From: Candidatus Eiseniibacteriota bacterium
GTDB taxonomy: Bacteria; Eisenbacteria; RBG-16-71-46
Direction: 5' to 3'
DNA: 64,000 nt
Assembly: GCA_963717505.1 (NCBI GenBank)
Contig: OY970342.1
Location: 3,744,001-3,808,000, forward strand
Notes under the pieces: generated by a model
Database searches by the model: none
What the model saw: only the letters and a program-made list of their open reading frames with translations
What the model was told of the DNA's origin: nothing
In this document: one piece after another, positions 31,137 to 41,950 of the stretch
Numbering within the stretch: position 1 is the first letter of the stretch
How the letters are laid out: each line of letters begins with the position of its first letter
Translations under genes and position numbers: made by a program

Positions 31137-32051
31137 TCAGGCCGCCGCGCGGGCCGGACGGCCGAACGCATCGCGCAGCGCATCTTCGATCTCGGGAAAG
31201 CGGTGCCGGAACCCGGCGTCGAGCAGTCGGCGCGGGACGGCGCGCGTGCTGGCGAGCAGTGCTTCGTCCGCCATTTCTCCGAGCAGGGCACGCAAGGCGA
31301 ACGCGGGGGCCGGAACCACGGCGGGCCGGCGCAGGACGCGCCCCAGCGCTCGAACGAAGTCGCCATTTCGCACCGGCTCGGGCGCCACCAGGTTGTACGG
31401 TCCCGTGAGCCCGTGATTCTCGAGCGCCATGAGCGTCGCCGACAGAACGTCTTCGAGCGCGATCCAGGTCCACCAGGCGCGGCCGTTGCCGAACGGCCCG
31501 CCGGCGCCGTAGCGAAACGGCTTCAGCATTTTGGCGAGCGCGCCGCCGTGAGCCGCGAGCACGATGCCCAGCCGGAACGCCACGACCCGCGTCCCGGTAG
31601 CGCGCGCCGGCTCGGCGGCGGCTTCCCACGCCTCCGCGAGCCGCGGCATGAATCCGGTTCCAGGTTGGCTGTCCTCGGTGAGCAGTTCTTCGCCACGATC
31701 GCCGTAGTACCCGATCCCCGAGGCGGTGATCATCACCTGGGGCCTCGGCGATGCGAGCGCGATGCCCGAGGCCAACAAAGTCGTGCTCTGAACTCGGCTG
31801 TCCCAGATGCTGCGCTTGCGCGCCGCGTTCCAGCGGCCGGCGGAGACGTCCTCGCCCGCCAGGTTGATGACCGCGTCTGCGGCCTCGACCACCGCCGAGT
31901 CGAGCACGCCCGCCACCGGATCCCAAGGACGCTCGCGCGGGCCCCGCGGCGGCCGGCGCACCAGCCGCGTGAGGGTGTGTCCTGCACCCTCGAGGTACGG
32001 CACCAGTGCCGAGCCAATCAGTCCGCTGGCGCCCGTGATCAGGATGCGCAT
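31137..32051 (-). CDS. TIGR01777/YfcH-like NAD-dependent epimerase
   Basis: ITGASGLIG, INLAGE, SGIGYYG, WE.A, P.RLL..GF. Confidence 0.92.
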   Translation of the reverse strand: MRILITGASGLIGSALVPYLEGAGHTLTRLVRRPPRGPRERPWDPVAGVLDSAVVEAADAVINLAGEDVSAGRWNAARKRSIWDSRVQSTTLLASGIALASPRPQVMITASGIGYYGDRGEELLTEDSQPGTGFMPRLAEAWEAAAEPARATGTRVVAFRLGIVLAAHGGALAKMLKPFRYGAGGPFGNGRAWWTWIALEDVLSATLMALENHGLTGPYNLVAPEPVRNGDFVRALGRVLRRPAVVPAPAFALRALLGEMADEALLASTRAVPRRLLDAGFRHRFPEIEDALRDAFGRPARAAA

Positions 32052-32087
32052 GGCCGGGATCGGCAGCTGTGAGGCGGCGCCCGGCCG

Positions 32088-32858
32088 CTAGCCGCGCTTC
32101 TCCGACGCTTGCGGCATGAACGCTTTGATCATGTCGACCGGCACCGGGAATATGGTGACCGAGTTGTTCTCGACCGCGATCTCAGACAGCGTCTGCAGGT
32201 AGCGCAGCTGGATCGCGGCCGGCTCGCGGGCGAGCACCGCGGCCGCCTCGGCCAGGCGCGTGGCCGCCTGATACTCGCCTTCGGCGTTGATGACCTTGGC
32301 CCGGCGCTCGCGCTCGGCCTCGGCCTGACGCGCGATGGCACGCTGCATGTCCTGGGGCAGGTCCACGTTCTTGACCTCGACCACCGAAACCTTGATGCCC
32401 CATGGTTCGGTCTGCCGGTCGATCACCTGCTGGAGCGCCAGGTTGAGCTTGTCGCGCTCGGACAGCAGCTCGTCCAGCTCCTGCTGGCCGAGGATCGAGC
32501 GCAGCGTCGTCTGCGCGATCTGCGAAGTCGCGTAAAGGTAGTTCTCGACCTGAACGACGGCGTCCGGTGCATTGACCACGCGAAAATAGATCACGGCGTT
32601 CACCTTGACCGTCACGTTGTCCCGCGTGATCACGTCCTGCGGGGGCACGTCCATCGCGACCGTGCGCAGACCGATCTTGACCGCCCGATCCACGATCGGG
32701 ATCAGCAGGACCAGGCCCGGTCCACGCTGGCCGACCAGGCGCCCGAGCCGGAATACGACCAGTCGCTCGTACTCGCGCACAACGCGGATCGCATTGGCGA
32801 GGACCAGGACCACGAGCAGGACGAGAAAGAACGCGAACGACCCGACGATGGGGCCCAT
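32088..32858 (-). CDS. SPFH/stomatin (slipin) family protein
   Basis: [46 protein letters not shown]. Confidence 0.95.
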   Translation of the reverse strand: MGPIVGSFAFFLVLLVVLVLANAIRVVREYERLVVFRLGRLVGQRGPGLVLLIPIVDRAVKIGLRTVAMDVPPQDVITRDNVTVKVNAVIYFRVVNAPDAVVQVENYLYATSQIAQTTLRSILGQQELDELLSERDKLNLALQQVIDRQTEPWGIKVSVVEVKNVDLPQDMQRAIARQAEAERERRAKVINAEGEYQAATRLAEAAAVLAREPAAIQLRYLQTLSEIAVENNSVTIFPVPVDMIKAFMPQASEKRG

Positions 32859-32859
32859 T

Positions 32860-34176
32860 TCATGCCTCCTTGGCAACCGGCTCGACGGCCAGGGTCAGGC
32901 CGTCCATGCCGATGACGATGACTTCGGAACCAACTTCGACCGCGACGGCGCTGCGTGCATTCCACAGCTCGTCGCCGATACGGACACGACCTTCGGGGCC
33001 CAGCGACTCGATCACGATCGCTCGCCTGCCGATCATACCGCGCCCGCCGGTCGTGACCCGGCCCCGCTGAGCCCGGAGTCCGGCGCCCACGATCCACAGG
33101 AAGAAGATGCTGGTCGCGATCACCGCGCCCAGCAGGACCGCCCACGACACACGCACCGTGTCGCCTTCGAACAGGAACAGGCTACCGAGCACCAGCGACA
33201 CCACACCGCCGGCGCCGAGCAACCCGTGACTCTGAACCTTGACCTCGGCCAGGAAGAAGACGCAAGCGAGCACCAGCAGCGCGATGCCGGCGTAGTTCAC
33301 CGGCAGGGTCGAGAGCGCGAAAAACGCCAGGATCAGGCAGATGCCGCCGACCACGCCGGGCAGGATCGCGCCGGGATTCTGCAGCTCGAACAGGAGGCCG
33401 TAGAAGCCGAGCATCAGCAGGACGTAGGCGATGTTCGGGTCGGCGAGCACGGCAAGCAGCCGCAGGCGGAATCCGGGCTCCAGCCAATCGACCTCGCGGC
33501 CGCGGGTCTCGAGCTTCCGGACCTCCGACCCACGCCGCCACTCACGGCCGTCGCAGGCGGCGAGCAGCTCGGCCTCGGTCGCGGCGATCAGGTCCACGAC
33601 GTCGAGTTCGACCGCCTCGGTCTCGCTCGCCGCCACCGCGTGGCGCACGGCATCCTCCGCCCAGACGGCGTTCCTCCCGCGTTGCGCGGCGACCGTGCGC
33701 GCGAACGCGGCCGCGTCGTTGGCCGCCTTGCGCGCCAGGGTCGAGTCCATCGGTCCCTGCATGTTGATCGGCGTCGCGGCACCGATGTTGGTGCCGGGAG
33801 CCATGACCGCAACGTCGGCGGCCATGGTCACGAACACACCGGCCGACGCCGCCCGGGCGCCGCCGGGGGCGACCCACACGATCACCGGAATCGGCGTGGC
33901 GAGCAGGCGCTGCACCATCTTGCGCATGCTGGTTTCGAGCCCGCCCGGCGTGTCGAGCTGGATGAGCAACGCCACGTACCGCTCGCGCTCGGCGCGTGCA
34001 AGAGCCTGGCCGAGCGCGCCGTCCATCACCGGCGACACCGGGCCCTCGAGCCTGAGGCCGAGTACTCGGCCCGAGGCCGGCGGTTCGTCGGCCGCACGTG
34101 CCAGCGGGGCGAATGCGAACAGCGCCGTGAGCAGCCACGCGAAACGTCCCGGCGATCGGCGCACCATGGCCGTCAC
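32860..34176 (-). CDS. nfeD: NfeD long form (ClpP-class membrane protease)
   Basis: [21 protein letters not shown] bundle, C-terminal OB domain; adjacent to stomatin. Confidence 0.93.
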   Translation of the reverse strand: MTAMVRRSPGRFAWLLTALFAFAPLARAADEPPASGRVLGLRLEGPVSPVMDGALGQALARAERERYVALLIQLDTPGGLETSMRKMVQRLLATPIPVIVWVAPGGARAASAGVFVTMAADVAVMAPGTNIGAATPINMQGPMDSTLARKAANDAAAFARTVAAQRGRNAVWAEDAVRHAVAASETEAVELDVVDLIAATEAELLAACDGREWRRGSEVRKLETRGREVDWLEPGFRLRLLAVLADPNIAYVLLMLGFYGLLFELQNPGAILPGVVGGICLILAFFALSTLPVNYAGIALLVLACVFFLAEVKVQSHGLLGAGGVVSLVLGSLFLFEGDTVRVSWAVLLGAVIATSIFFLWIVGAGLRAQRGRVTTGGRGMIGRRAIVIESLGPEGRVRIGDELWNARSAVAVEVGSEVIVIGMDGLTLAVEPVAKEA

Positions 34177-35417
34177 GATACTCGCGAGGCCGGGGCCGCG
34201 CCACCCGAGGCCGCGCCCGACTCACGGCGCGCCAACGCCGCGCGCCACGCCTCGGGATACTTGAGTCCGCTGCCGGTGTTGTAGATCACGACGCGGTCGC
34301 TCGCGCCGAGATCTCCCGTGGCCCGCATGGATTGAAGCGCCGCCAAGGTCGCCGCCCCCTCCGGACACGCGAGAACGCCGGCAGCCGCCAGCTCCAGCAT
34401 CGCGTCGAGCATCTCATCCTCGCCGACTGCGATCGCGTCACCCTGCGTTTCCGTCAACGCGCGAAGGATGAGGTCGTCGGCAAACGGCGCCGGCACCCGC
34501 AGGCCGCTGGCGATCGTGCGTGCGTCGCTCCACGGCTCGGCCCGGGCCACCCCCGCCTTCCAGGCGCGGACGATCGGAGCGCATCCCGCGACCTGCACCG
34601 CGACCAGTCGCGGAACTCGCGAAATCCATCCGAGCGAGCGCTGCTCGAGGAATGCCCGCCACATGCCGACCAGCCCGGTGCCGCCACCGGTCGGATAGAG
34701 AATCACGTCGGGCAGGTTCCAGCCGGTCTGCTCGGCGATCTCCCAGCCCAGCGTCTTCTTTCCCTCGAGCCGGAACGGCTCCTTGAACGTCGCCACGTTC
34801 CACCACTCGGGTGCCGGCGCCCACGATGCAAGGTGGCGCCCGGCATCCGAGATCGTCCCGGGAACCAGCGCGACCTCGGCGCCGAGGGCGCACTGCTCGA
34901 TCAGGAAGAGCTCGGGTGTGTCTTCGGGAATCGCAATGCGACAGCGCATTCCGGCCGCCGCTGCATACGCAGCGGCAGCGCTGCCCGCGTTGCCCGCCGA
35001 TGGCAACGCGATCGCGTCGCGTCCGAAGGCTCGCGCACCGGCGATGGCCAACGCCAGTCCGCGCGCCTTGAAGGACTGGGTCGGGTTCCCGGCTTCGTCC
35101 TTGAGCCACAGCTGGTGCACGCCGAGTCGATCCGCCAGCGCGGTCAGTGGCAACAGCGGTGTCCCGCCCTCACCCAGCCGCGGCGTGTCGAAGTCCTCGG
35201 CGAACGGCAGTACGGTCGACCAGCGCCACAGGTCCCGGCGCGGGAGCGCCAGTGAGTCGCGATTGGTGCGCCGGCTGATCGACCCCAGGTCGTAGCGGGC
35301 GACCAGCGGTCGACCGCAGGACGGGCACACGGGATCCACTGCGCCGGGCATTGACGCGTGCCCGCAGGACAGGCATTCGAACCCGAGAAACGATGACTGG
35401 AACGGAGAGCCGCGCAC
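34173..35417 (-). CDS. thrC: Threonine synthase
   Basis: N-terminal Zn ribbon, LGEGGTPL, NPTQSFKARG, SAGNAG, EGKKT, NTGSGLKY. Confidence 0.88.
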   Translation of the reverse strand: MRGSPFQSSFLGFECLSCGHASMPGAVDPVCPSCGRPLVARYDLGSISRRTNRDSLALPRRDLWRWSTVLPFAEDFDTPRLGEGGTPLLPLTALADRLGVHQLWLKDEAGNPTQSFKARGLALAIAGARAFGRDAIALPSAGNAGSAAAAYAAAAGMRCRIAIPEDTPELFLIEQCALGAEVALVPGTISDAGRHLASWAPAPEWWNVATFKEPFRLEGKKTLGWEIAEQTGWNLPDVILYPTGGGTGLVGMWRAFLEQRSLGWISRVPRLVAVQVAGCAPIVRAWKAGVARAEPWSDARTIASGLRVPAPFADDLILRALTETQGDAIAVGEDEMLDAMLELAAAGVLACPEGAATLAALQSMRATGDLGASDRVVIYNTGSGLKYPEAWRAALARRESGAASGGAAPASRVS

Positions 35418-35498
35418 GCCGGCAGTCTAGCAGTCCGTCGGGCGCGCCATCAGGGACGACGCGGAACCGGCACCGCGACTCGAACCTTCGGACCCTCG

Positions 35499-36452
35499 CT
35501 AGGGGCGTCCTCGCCGGCCGGCGCGGCCTTGCGTTCCGGCGGGCGACTCCTCCGCCTCGAGCTCCTCGCGCAGCTTGAGGAATGACTCGTGACGTCGGGG
35601 TGCCACCTCGCTCGACGCGACCGCCGCCAGAATCGCGCATCCGGGCTCGCGTTCGTGCCGACAGTCGGTGAAGCGGCAGCTGCCGAGATACCTGCGGAAC
35701 TCGGGATAGGACTGCTCCAGGTCGCGCGACGAAACGCCCCATAGCCCAAAGGGACGCATGCCTGGCGTGTCGATCAGGTCGAACCCGGGCTCGGGCCGGA
35801 TGAGCCAGGCCGCCGTCGTCGTGTGGCGCCCCTTGCCGGTGCGCGGGTTGACCTTGCCAGCCAGCAACTCGAGCCCGGGCACCATGGCGTTCAGGAGCGT
35901 GCTCTTGCCGACTCCGGAATGACCGACGAACAGGCTGCGGCGCCCGCGGCAAGCGTGCAGCAGAGCCTCGAGACCCTCCCGAGTGCGCGCGCTCACGACG
36001 TGAACGGCAAAGCCGGCGCGCCGATAGTCGTCGAGCAGCTCGCGCGCGGTCTCGGAACTGGACAGATCCAGCTTGGTCAGCACGATCCGCGCGGGAACGC
36101 CGGCGTGTTCGGCCTGCGCCAGGACGCGATCGGCGAAACCGGCCTTGAACTCGGGTTCGACCAACGAGGCCACGAGCACGATCTGGTCCAGGTTGGCGGC
36201 CACGACCTGTTCGACCGGCCGATGCCCGACCGCGCGCCGGCTGAACGCGTTGCGGCGCGGCTCGACCCCGGTCACGATCGCGTGGGTCGCGTCTCCCGCC
36301 CACTGCACGCGGTCGCCGACCACGACCGCGTTGCCCAGCGACTTGCGCGGACCCATCAGACTGCCGCGTACCGTGGCGTCGAAGCGCTCCCCGGTCACGG
36401 TGAGCAGGACACAGTTGCCAAAGTCCACACGCGCGACTTCCGCTTCGCGCAC
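35499..36452 (-). CDS. rsgA: Ribosome small subunit-dependent GTPase
   Basis: VVGD.V, TK.DL, GHSGVGKSTL, GKGRHTTT, DTPG, CRFTDCRH..EPGC. Confidence 0.95.
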   Translation of the reverse strand: MREAEVARVDFGNCVLLTVTGERFDATVRGSLMGPRKSLGNAVVVGDRVQWAGDATHAIVTGVEPRRNAFSRRAVGHRPVEQVVAANLDQIVLVASLVEPEFKAGFADRVLAQAEHAGVPARIVLTKLDLSSSETARELLDDYRRAGFAVHVVSARTREGLEALLHACRGRRSLFVGHSGVGKSTLLNAMVPGLELLAGKVNPRTGKGRHTTTAAWLIRPEPGFDLIDTPGMRPFGLWGVSSRDLEQSYPEFRRYLGSCRFTDCRHEREPGCAILAAVASSEVAPRRHESFLKLREELEAEESPAGTQGRAGRRGRP

Positions 36453-36454
36453 GC

Positions 36455-37888
36455 TCAGTTCCAGCCGACCGGAAGCGTGATGGTGAACCGCGCGCCCTGG
36501 CCCGGAGGGCTCTCGGCCGTGATCTTGCCGCGGTGCTTGCTGATGATCCGGTAGCAGGTCGCCAGCCCGAAGCCGTTGCCGTCCTTCTTGGTGGTGAAGT
36601 GCGGCTCGAAGATCCTGGTCAGGTTCGAATCGGGGATGCCGCTGCCCGTGTCCTGGACCACGATGCGGACGTCGCCCGTGCGCTCGTCGCGGCGGGTCGA
36701 AACCACGATCAGTTTGCGCGACGAGCCGTTCGCCCCAACCCGGTCGCGCATGGCGTCGGCGGCGTTCATGAACAGGTTGAGCAGGACCTGCTGGAGCTGC
36801 CCGGGGTCGGCCCGCAGCTCCGGGGAGGGCGAGGCCAGGTCGAACTCCCACTCGACGTTCTCGAACTTGCTCTTCTGCGACTTGACGAACTCACTGGTGC
36901 GCTGCAGCAGCCCGTTGACGTCGATGCGCTCGAGCTTGATCTCGCTGCTCGAGAACTCCATCAGATTCCGCGACAGTTGCTCCATCCTCTGCCCCTGCTC
37001 GAGAATCAGTTGCGCATCCCGTCGCGCCCCGTCGAGGTCGCTCTTGTCGATCTTGCTCATCACGAACTGGGCCCGTCCGTTGATGGTCGCGAGCAGGTTG
37101 CGCAGCTCGTGGCCGATCCCGGCGGCCAGCTCGCCCTTCGCCGCCATGCGCTCGGTATGAATCATCTGATCCTGGGCCTGCTGCAGCGCGATGTAGCGCT
37201 TGGCCGACTCGTTGAGCAGCCAGAGCGGCGCGAAGAACAGCATGACCCCCGGATAGCCTACCGACTGGTACGAGATCACCATCAATGGGCTCAGCAGGAA
37301 CGCCGCCAGATCCTGGAGCAGCCGCTCGCCGTAGAAGTAGTCCTCGTGCAAAACACGCAGGTAGGAGCGTTCGTTTGCCAGCGCCACCGCGCCGGCGACC
37401 TGGATGCGATTCGCCAGCAGGTAGGCCACGAACGCGCCGCACACCGGGAGCAGCAGCCGCAGCGAGTTGATCCCGGTGGCGCTGGCGGGTGGCTCGGCGA
37501 CGAACCCGGCTGCAGGGCCGCCCAGAAGGGTGAATGTCGCCGCCGTCGCCCAGGTGGTAATGGCGATCTGCCCGACGTTGAACGCGACCCGGATCGCCGG
37601 CTTGCGGTGCAGCAGGCTGTCCGCGATCGCCGTACTGGTCATGGCGATCACCATCGCCGGCGCCATCCCCCACAACATGACCGAGGCCAGCCCGGCCGTG
37701 TCCGCCATGGTGATCTTGCCCTCGCCCGACAGCGTCGACACCCACAGCCACTCGGAGAACGCACAGATCACGATCCAGCCAAGATAGTGCACACCGCGAG
37801 TCGCCAGATCCGTCGGTGCGTTTACGAAGCTGAGCACGGCGGCGGCCAGGAGCACGGCCCCGACGTAGAAGTTGACCCGAGGGTTCAT
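36455..37888 (-). CDS. Membrane sensor histidine kinase
   Basis: Multi-TM N-terminus; HELRN H-box, NLFMNA, DTGSG, FEPHFTTK, GFGL. Confidence 0.92.
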   Translation of the reverse strand: MNPRVNFYVGAVLLAAAVLSFVNAPTDLATRGVHYLGWIVICAFSEWLWVSTLSGEGKITMADTAGLASVMLWGMAPAMVIAMTSTAIADSLLHRKPAIRVAFNVGQIAITTWATAATFTLLGGPAAGFVAEPPASATGINSLRLLLPVCGAFVAYLLANRIQVAGAVALANERSYLRVLHEDYFYGERLLQDLAAFLLSPLMVISYQSVGYPGVMLFFAPLWLLNESAKRYIALQQAQDQMIHTERMAAKGELAAGIGHELRNLLATINGRAQFVMSKIDKSDLDGARRDAQLILEQGQRMEQLSRNLMEFSSSEIKLERIDVNGLLQRTSEFVKSQKSKFENVEWEFDLASPSPELRADPGQLQQVLLNLFMNAADAMRDRVGANGSSRKLIVVSTRRDERTGDVRIVVQDTGSGIPDSNLTRIFEPHFTTKKDGNGFGLATCYRIISKHRGKITAESPPGQGARFTITLPVGWN

Positions 37889-37912
37889 GGCACGTTTATC
37901 GGCGGATTCGCG

Positions 37913-38944
37913 TCAGCCCCGCACCACGGCGCTCCCGGCGGGAACCACTCCCAGCCCGGGCCGATCGCTGAGCTCGATCCGGCCGGCGTCACGCGGCGCG
38001 CCGTCGAATGGGTCGTCGCGCAGCAACCAGTGTCCGTCGAGGTCCAGGTAGTCGGCCAGTGGCGCGAGTTGCGCCGCCGCCGACAGCGCCAGGCTCGATT
38101 CGATCATCGAGCCGAGCATGACCTTCATGCCGTGCGCGCGCGCCGCGTGAATCGTGCGCAGCATCTCGCGCAGCCCTCCACTCTTCATGATCTTCAGGTT
38201 CACCCCGTCGACGCGGCCGACCAGATTCGCGACGTCCGCCGCAGCGTGAACGCTCTCGTCGGCGAATACCGGAATCGGGCTGCGATCGCGCACCCATCGC
38301 AGGCCGTCGAGGTCGGCGCGGGGCACCGGCTGCTCGACCAGCTCGATGTCGAGCGGCTCGATCGCGCGCAGCACGCGCACTGCGTCGGGGGCGCTCCACG
38401 CGGTGTTCGCGTCGACGCGAATCTTGCCGCCGAACCGGCGCCGGATGCGGCGCAGATTGTCGACGTCGCCGGGACCGCCGAGCTTGACCTTGAGCATCGG
38501 GAAATGGAGGACGGTCTCGAGCTTCTTCTCCATCTCGGCCGGCTCGGCCATGCCGAGCGTCACGCACGAGGCCGGGGCGGCAGCGGCCTCGAGGCCGAAC
38601 ATCCGCCACACCGGGACTCCGAGGCGCTTGCCGATCCAGTCGTGGAGCGCCATTTCGATCGCGGCGCGCGCCGCGCCGTTTCCGAGCAGCACGCGGTCGA
38701 GTCGCGCATCGATGGCGTCGAGGGCGAAGGGATCGTCGCCGAGATGCGGCGCCCACAAGTCGAGGGCGGCGCGCACCAACGGCTCGCTCTCACCGTAGTA
38801 GTGGGACGGCGACGCCTCGCCCAATCCCTCGATGCCGTCGTGCTCGATCCGGACCAGGGTGTTCACGTGGCGCTGCTTGGCGCCCATCGAGATGCGAAAC
38901 TCGAACTGGGTTTCGAGCGGCAGCGGTTCGTGGCTCAGTTTCAT
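37913..38944 (-). CDS. Enolase-superfamily dipeptide epimerase (AE-epimerase/DgcA-like)
   Basis: G.GEA, KVK, RVDAN, EQP, ADES, NLKIMKSGG, DLDG. Confidence 0.9.
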   Translation of the reverse strand: MKLSHEPLPLETQFEFRISMGAKQRHVNTLVRIEHDGIEGLGEASPSHYYGESEPLVRAALDLWAPHLGDDPFALDAIDARLDRVLLGNGAARAAIEMALHDWIGKRLGVPVWRMFGLEAAAAPASCVTLGMAEPAEMEKKLETVLHFPMLKVKLGGPGDVDNLRRIRRRFGGKIRVDANTAWSAPDAVRVLRAIEPLDIELVEQPVPRADLDGLRWVRDRSPIPVFADESVHAAADVANLVGRVDGVNLKIMKSGGLREMLRTIHAARAHGMKVMLGSMIESSLALSAAAQLAPLADYLDLDGHWLLRDDPFDGAPRDAGRIELSDRPGLGVVPAGSAVVRG

Positions 38945-38970
38945 CGATCCTCCGGTGGGTCGCACGGCTC

Positions 38971-40053
38971 TCAGGATACTCCGCGCTCGCGCCGGCGCCG
39001 ATCGGCAGCGGCCAGCAGCGCGTCGGCCAGGGGCGCGGCGCCGAAACGGACGGGATCTCCGACCGGCACGCCCAGCTCGCGCTCGGCCGCGGCGCACGCC
39101 GCGCGGGCCGCGTCCGGAGCCAGATCCAGGGTATTGAGCGCGGCGGCGACGGTGACGGACGGCGCGACCCAGCCCGCTGCACGCTCGATCTGCTCCCGCA
39201 CCACGGCCAGGGGAGGTATCGGCACCTCGGCTCCGGTTTCCGACGTTCGCATCCGGGTGCGGCCGGCCCAGTGACACAGCACCAGCGCCGACGGACACGC
39301 GCCATGCATGAGACCGAGCGTGACCCCGGAGTAGCCGGGATGGCCGAGTGCGCCCTGCCCCTCGACCAGAACCACGTCGGATCGGGCCGCAGCCTCGAGC
39401 ACCAGGGCTTCCACCGCGCCGGCCACGAAGTCGGCCGGAATCGCGTCGACCGGGGCGCCGCCACCGGCGATCATGATTCCGGTCTGGCCGGTGGCGACGA
39501 AAGCAGCGCGCACACCGCGAGCGACCAGCTCGCGCTCGAGCTCGAGCGCCACCGTCATCTTGCCGACGTTGCAGTCGGTGCCGACCGTGAGCACCACCAG
39601 TGCCGCCACGTCGCGTGCGCGCGCCGCGGCGATCCGGCGCTCGAGCGCCGGGCGGCGCACATCGTGGATCCGAGCACCGCTCCTGGCCGCGCGCGCCGCC
39701 AGGTCGGTGTCGTCGGCGAGAAACGCATGCAGGCCGGAGACCACGTCCCACCCGCGATCGAGAGCACCTCCGACCAGAGCGCGCCAGGACTCGGGCAGGA
39801 CTCCGCCCTGTGGGGCGATGCCGATCAACAAGGTGTCGGCGCCGGCGGCGGCGGCGCCGGCGAGGTCGGCGACCACGGGGATCTCGCCGCCCAGGCCGAC
39901 GCAGTCGCCCGCGGTCCGCCCGGCTCGAGTCGAGTCGATGATCGCGGCGACCAGGGCGGTGCGATAGCGAAGCACACCGACCGCCGTCTTGCCGTCGCGA
40001 GCGCTGAAGCTGCCCTCGGCGAGCAGCGCCAGGCGGCGCCGGCGGCCGAGCAT
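38971..40053 (-). CDS. DUF1611 family protein (DgcN-like)
   Basis: GKTA.G.LRY, GTDCNVGKM, ATGQTGIMI, DF..GA.E, VEGQG.L.HP.YSGV. Confidence 0.9.
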   Translation of the reverse strand: MLGRRRRLALLAEGSFSARDGKTAVGVLRYRTALVAAIIDSTRAGRTAGDCVGLGGEIPVVADLAGAAAAGADTLLIGIAPQGGVLPESWRALVGGALDRGWDVVSGLHAFLADDTDLAARAARSGARIHDVRRPALERRIAAARARDVAALVVLTVGTDCNVGKMTVALELERELVARGVRAAFVATGQTGIMIAGGGAPVDAIPADFVAGAVEALVLEAAARSDVVLVEGQGALGHPGYSGVTLGLMHGACPSALVLCHWAGRTRMRTSETGAEVPIPPLAVVREQIERAAGWVAPSVTVAAALNTLDLAPDAARAACAAAERELGVPVGDPVRFGAAPLADALLAAADRRRRERGVS

Positions 40054-40057
40054 CTCC

Positions 40058-41234
40058 TCAGATCGAGTCGTAGACGCGGACGTAGTGGTCCACCATCTCG
40101 TCGGGACTGAAGCGTTCACGCGCCACTTGTCGCGCCCGCCGGCCCATGGTGCGTCGCAGCCGCTCGTTCTGGAGCAGGCGCAGGATCGAAGTCACGAAGC
40201 CGGACTCGTGGCTCGGGTCGTGCAGGAACCCGGTACGTCCGTGCTCGACCACCTCGGGCAGTCCCCCTGCGTTCGAGGTGACCACCGGGACCTCCGCGCT
40301 CATCGCCTCGAGCGCCACCAGTCCGAAGCTCTCCGAGCTGCTCGGCAGCAGGAACACATCGGCGAGCGGCAGGAGCTCCTCCATGCAATCCTGGTTGCCC
40401 AGGAACAACACGTCCTTTTCCAGGCCCAGATCGCGCACCTGGGTCTCGGCCGCAGCCTTGTCGGGACCGTCGCCGATCATGACCAGCTTCGAACGCACCT
40501 TCTTGTGGACCTCGGAAAACACTCGAATCACGGCGGGGATGTTCTTGACCTCGCGGAAGTTGGACGCATGCATCACGATCCGGGTGTCGGGCGGGGCCAA
40601 GCGCAGTGAGACCCGGCGCCGCGGGGCGAACACTTTTGGATCCACGAAGTTGTAGATCACCTCGATCGGCTGGGTGATGCCGAATGTCTCCTCGGCCCGC
40701 TCTTTGAGGAACTTGCTGACCGCGGTCACCCGATCGCTCGACTGGATGCTGAACTGGGTGACCCGGAAGAACGCCGGCTCGACCCCGACCACGGTGATGT
40801 CGGTGCCGTGCAGCGTGGTCACCACCCCGAGCTGGCGCGGCAGCAGGAGCTGGCGCGCGAGGTAGGCGCTGGCCGCGAACGGAATCGCGTAGTGGACGTG
40901 CAGCACGTCCAGCCCGTAGTGCTCGACTACCTCGACCATCTTGGTCGCCAGCGCCAGATTGGTCGGCGAATGATCGAACACCGGGTAGTTCGACACCGCG
41001 GTCTCGTGGAAGAACACGTTCGACGAGAAGGCGCGCAGGCGGAACGGCAACCGATGGGCGATGAAGTGCACTTCGCAGCCGCGGCGCGCGAGCGCCAGCC
41101 CGAGCTCGGTGGCGACCACCCCGCTGCCGCCGAAGTGCGAATAACAGGTGATGCCGATCTTGCGGCACGGCCGGCGACGGCGGGTTCGCGGGGCCGCGCG
41201 CGGCCTTGCGACGGGTCTTGCGCGCGCGCTTCAT
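40058..41234 (-). CDS. bshA: N-acetyl-alpha-D-glucosaminyl L-malate synthase (apparent frameshift near 41165)
   Basis: KIGITCY..FGGSGVVATELG, LHVHYAIP, TTLHGTDIT, SNFR.VK, ESFGLVALEAM. Confidence 0.93.
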
Positions 41235-41950
41235 CGCCCACCGCCCGCGCCCTGGAGCAGTGTGCGTGCGTCGTGGACCGCGAGCGGGCCCGGCGCGCGG
41301 TAGCCCTCTCCGAAACGCGCGCCGATCATCGACCCGAATCCACGGGCGCGCCCCTCGACCTCGGCGAGGAATCCGGGGTCGGTCAGGTACGTGTCGACCC
41401 CCGCCGGCCCCGCGAGCTGCGTGGCATGGGCGCGCAGGGCCGACATGCGCCGCTCCCACACCGGGGTCACGTCGACCACCAGGTGCGGGCGCGCGGCGCC
41501 CCGATAGAGCGCGAACAGCAGCTGGCCCGGACGATGGCGGCCCGCGCCGGCGACGTACCCCGCGAGCCCGGAGACGTAGCAGGCGCGACGCACCAGGTGC
41601 GAAGCCTCGACGTGATCGGGATGCGCGTCCTCGACGTGCGGGGCGACCACCAGCGCCGGTCGATGCGCGCGCAGACAGCGCACCACCGCCTCGAGCTGGG
41701 CGCGGTCCGAGCGCTCGAGACCGAGATCGGGCAGGCCGAGACACTCGCGTCCCGCAGCCCCGAGTTCGCGCGCCGCCGCCGCCGCCTCGGTCGCGCGCGC
41801 CTCGGGAGTGCCGCGGCTCGCGCGCTCGCCACGCGTGAGATCGACCAGCACGACGGCGTGGCCGTGCGACGCGAGCAGCGCGGCCAGGCCGCCCGAGGTC
41901 AACTCGATGTCGTCGGGATGAGCGCCGAAGAACAACGCGTCGGCGCTCAC
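41231..41950 (-). CDS. bshB1: Bacillithiol biosynthesis deacetylase
   Basis: AHPDDIE, DLTRGE.ASRGT.E.R, HPDH; lies between bshC and bshA. Confidence 0.88.
   Translation of the reverse strand: MSADALFFGAHPDDIELTSGGLAALLASHGHAVVLVDLTRGERASRGTPEARATEAAAAARELGAAGRECLGLPDLGLERSDRAQLEAVVRCLRAHRPALVVAPHVEDAHPDHVEASHLVRRACYVSGLAGYVAGAGRHRPGQLLFALYRGAARPHLVVDVTPVWERRMSALRAHATQLAGPAGVDTYLTDPGFLAEVEGRARGFGSMIGARFGEGYRAPGPLAVHDARTLLQGAGGGR

Noticed and set aside
32088-34176. nfeD-stomatin pair as a novel system
   Set aside because: This is a well-known conserved operon.
36533-39274. Long antisense ORFs (913 aa here; also 26629..28644, 45667..47805, 60722..63073)
   Set aside because: These are shadow frames opposite well-supported genes, expected at this GC content, with no recognisable motifs.
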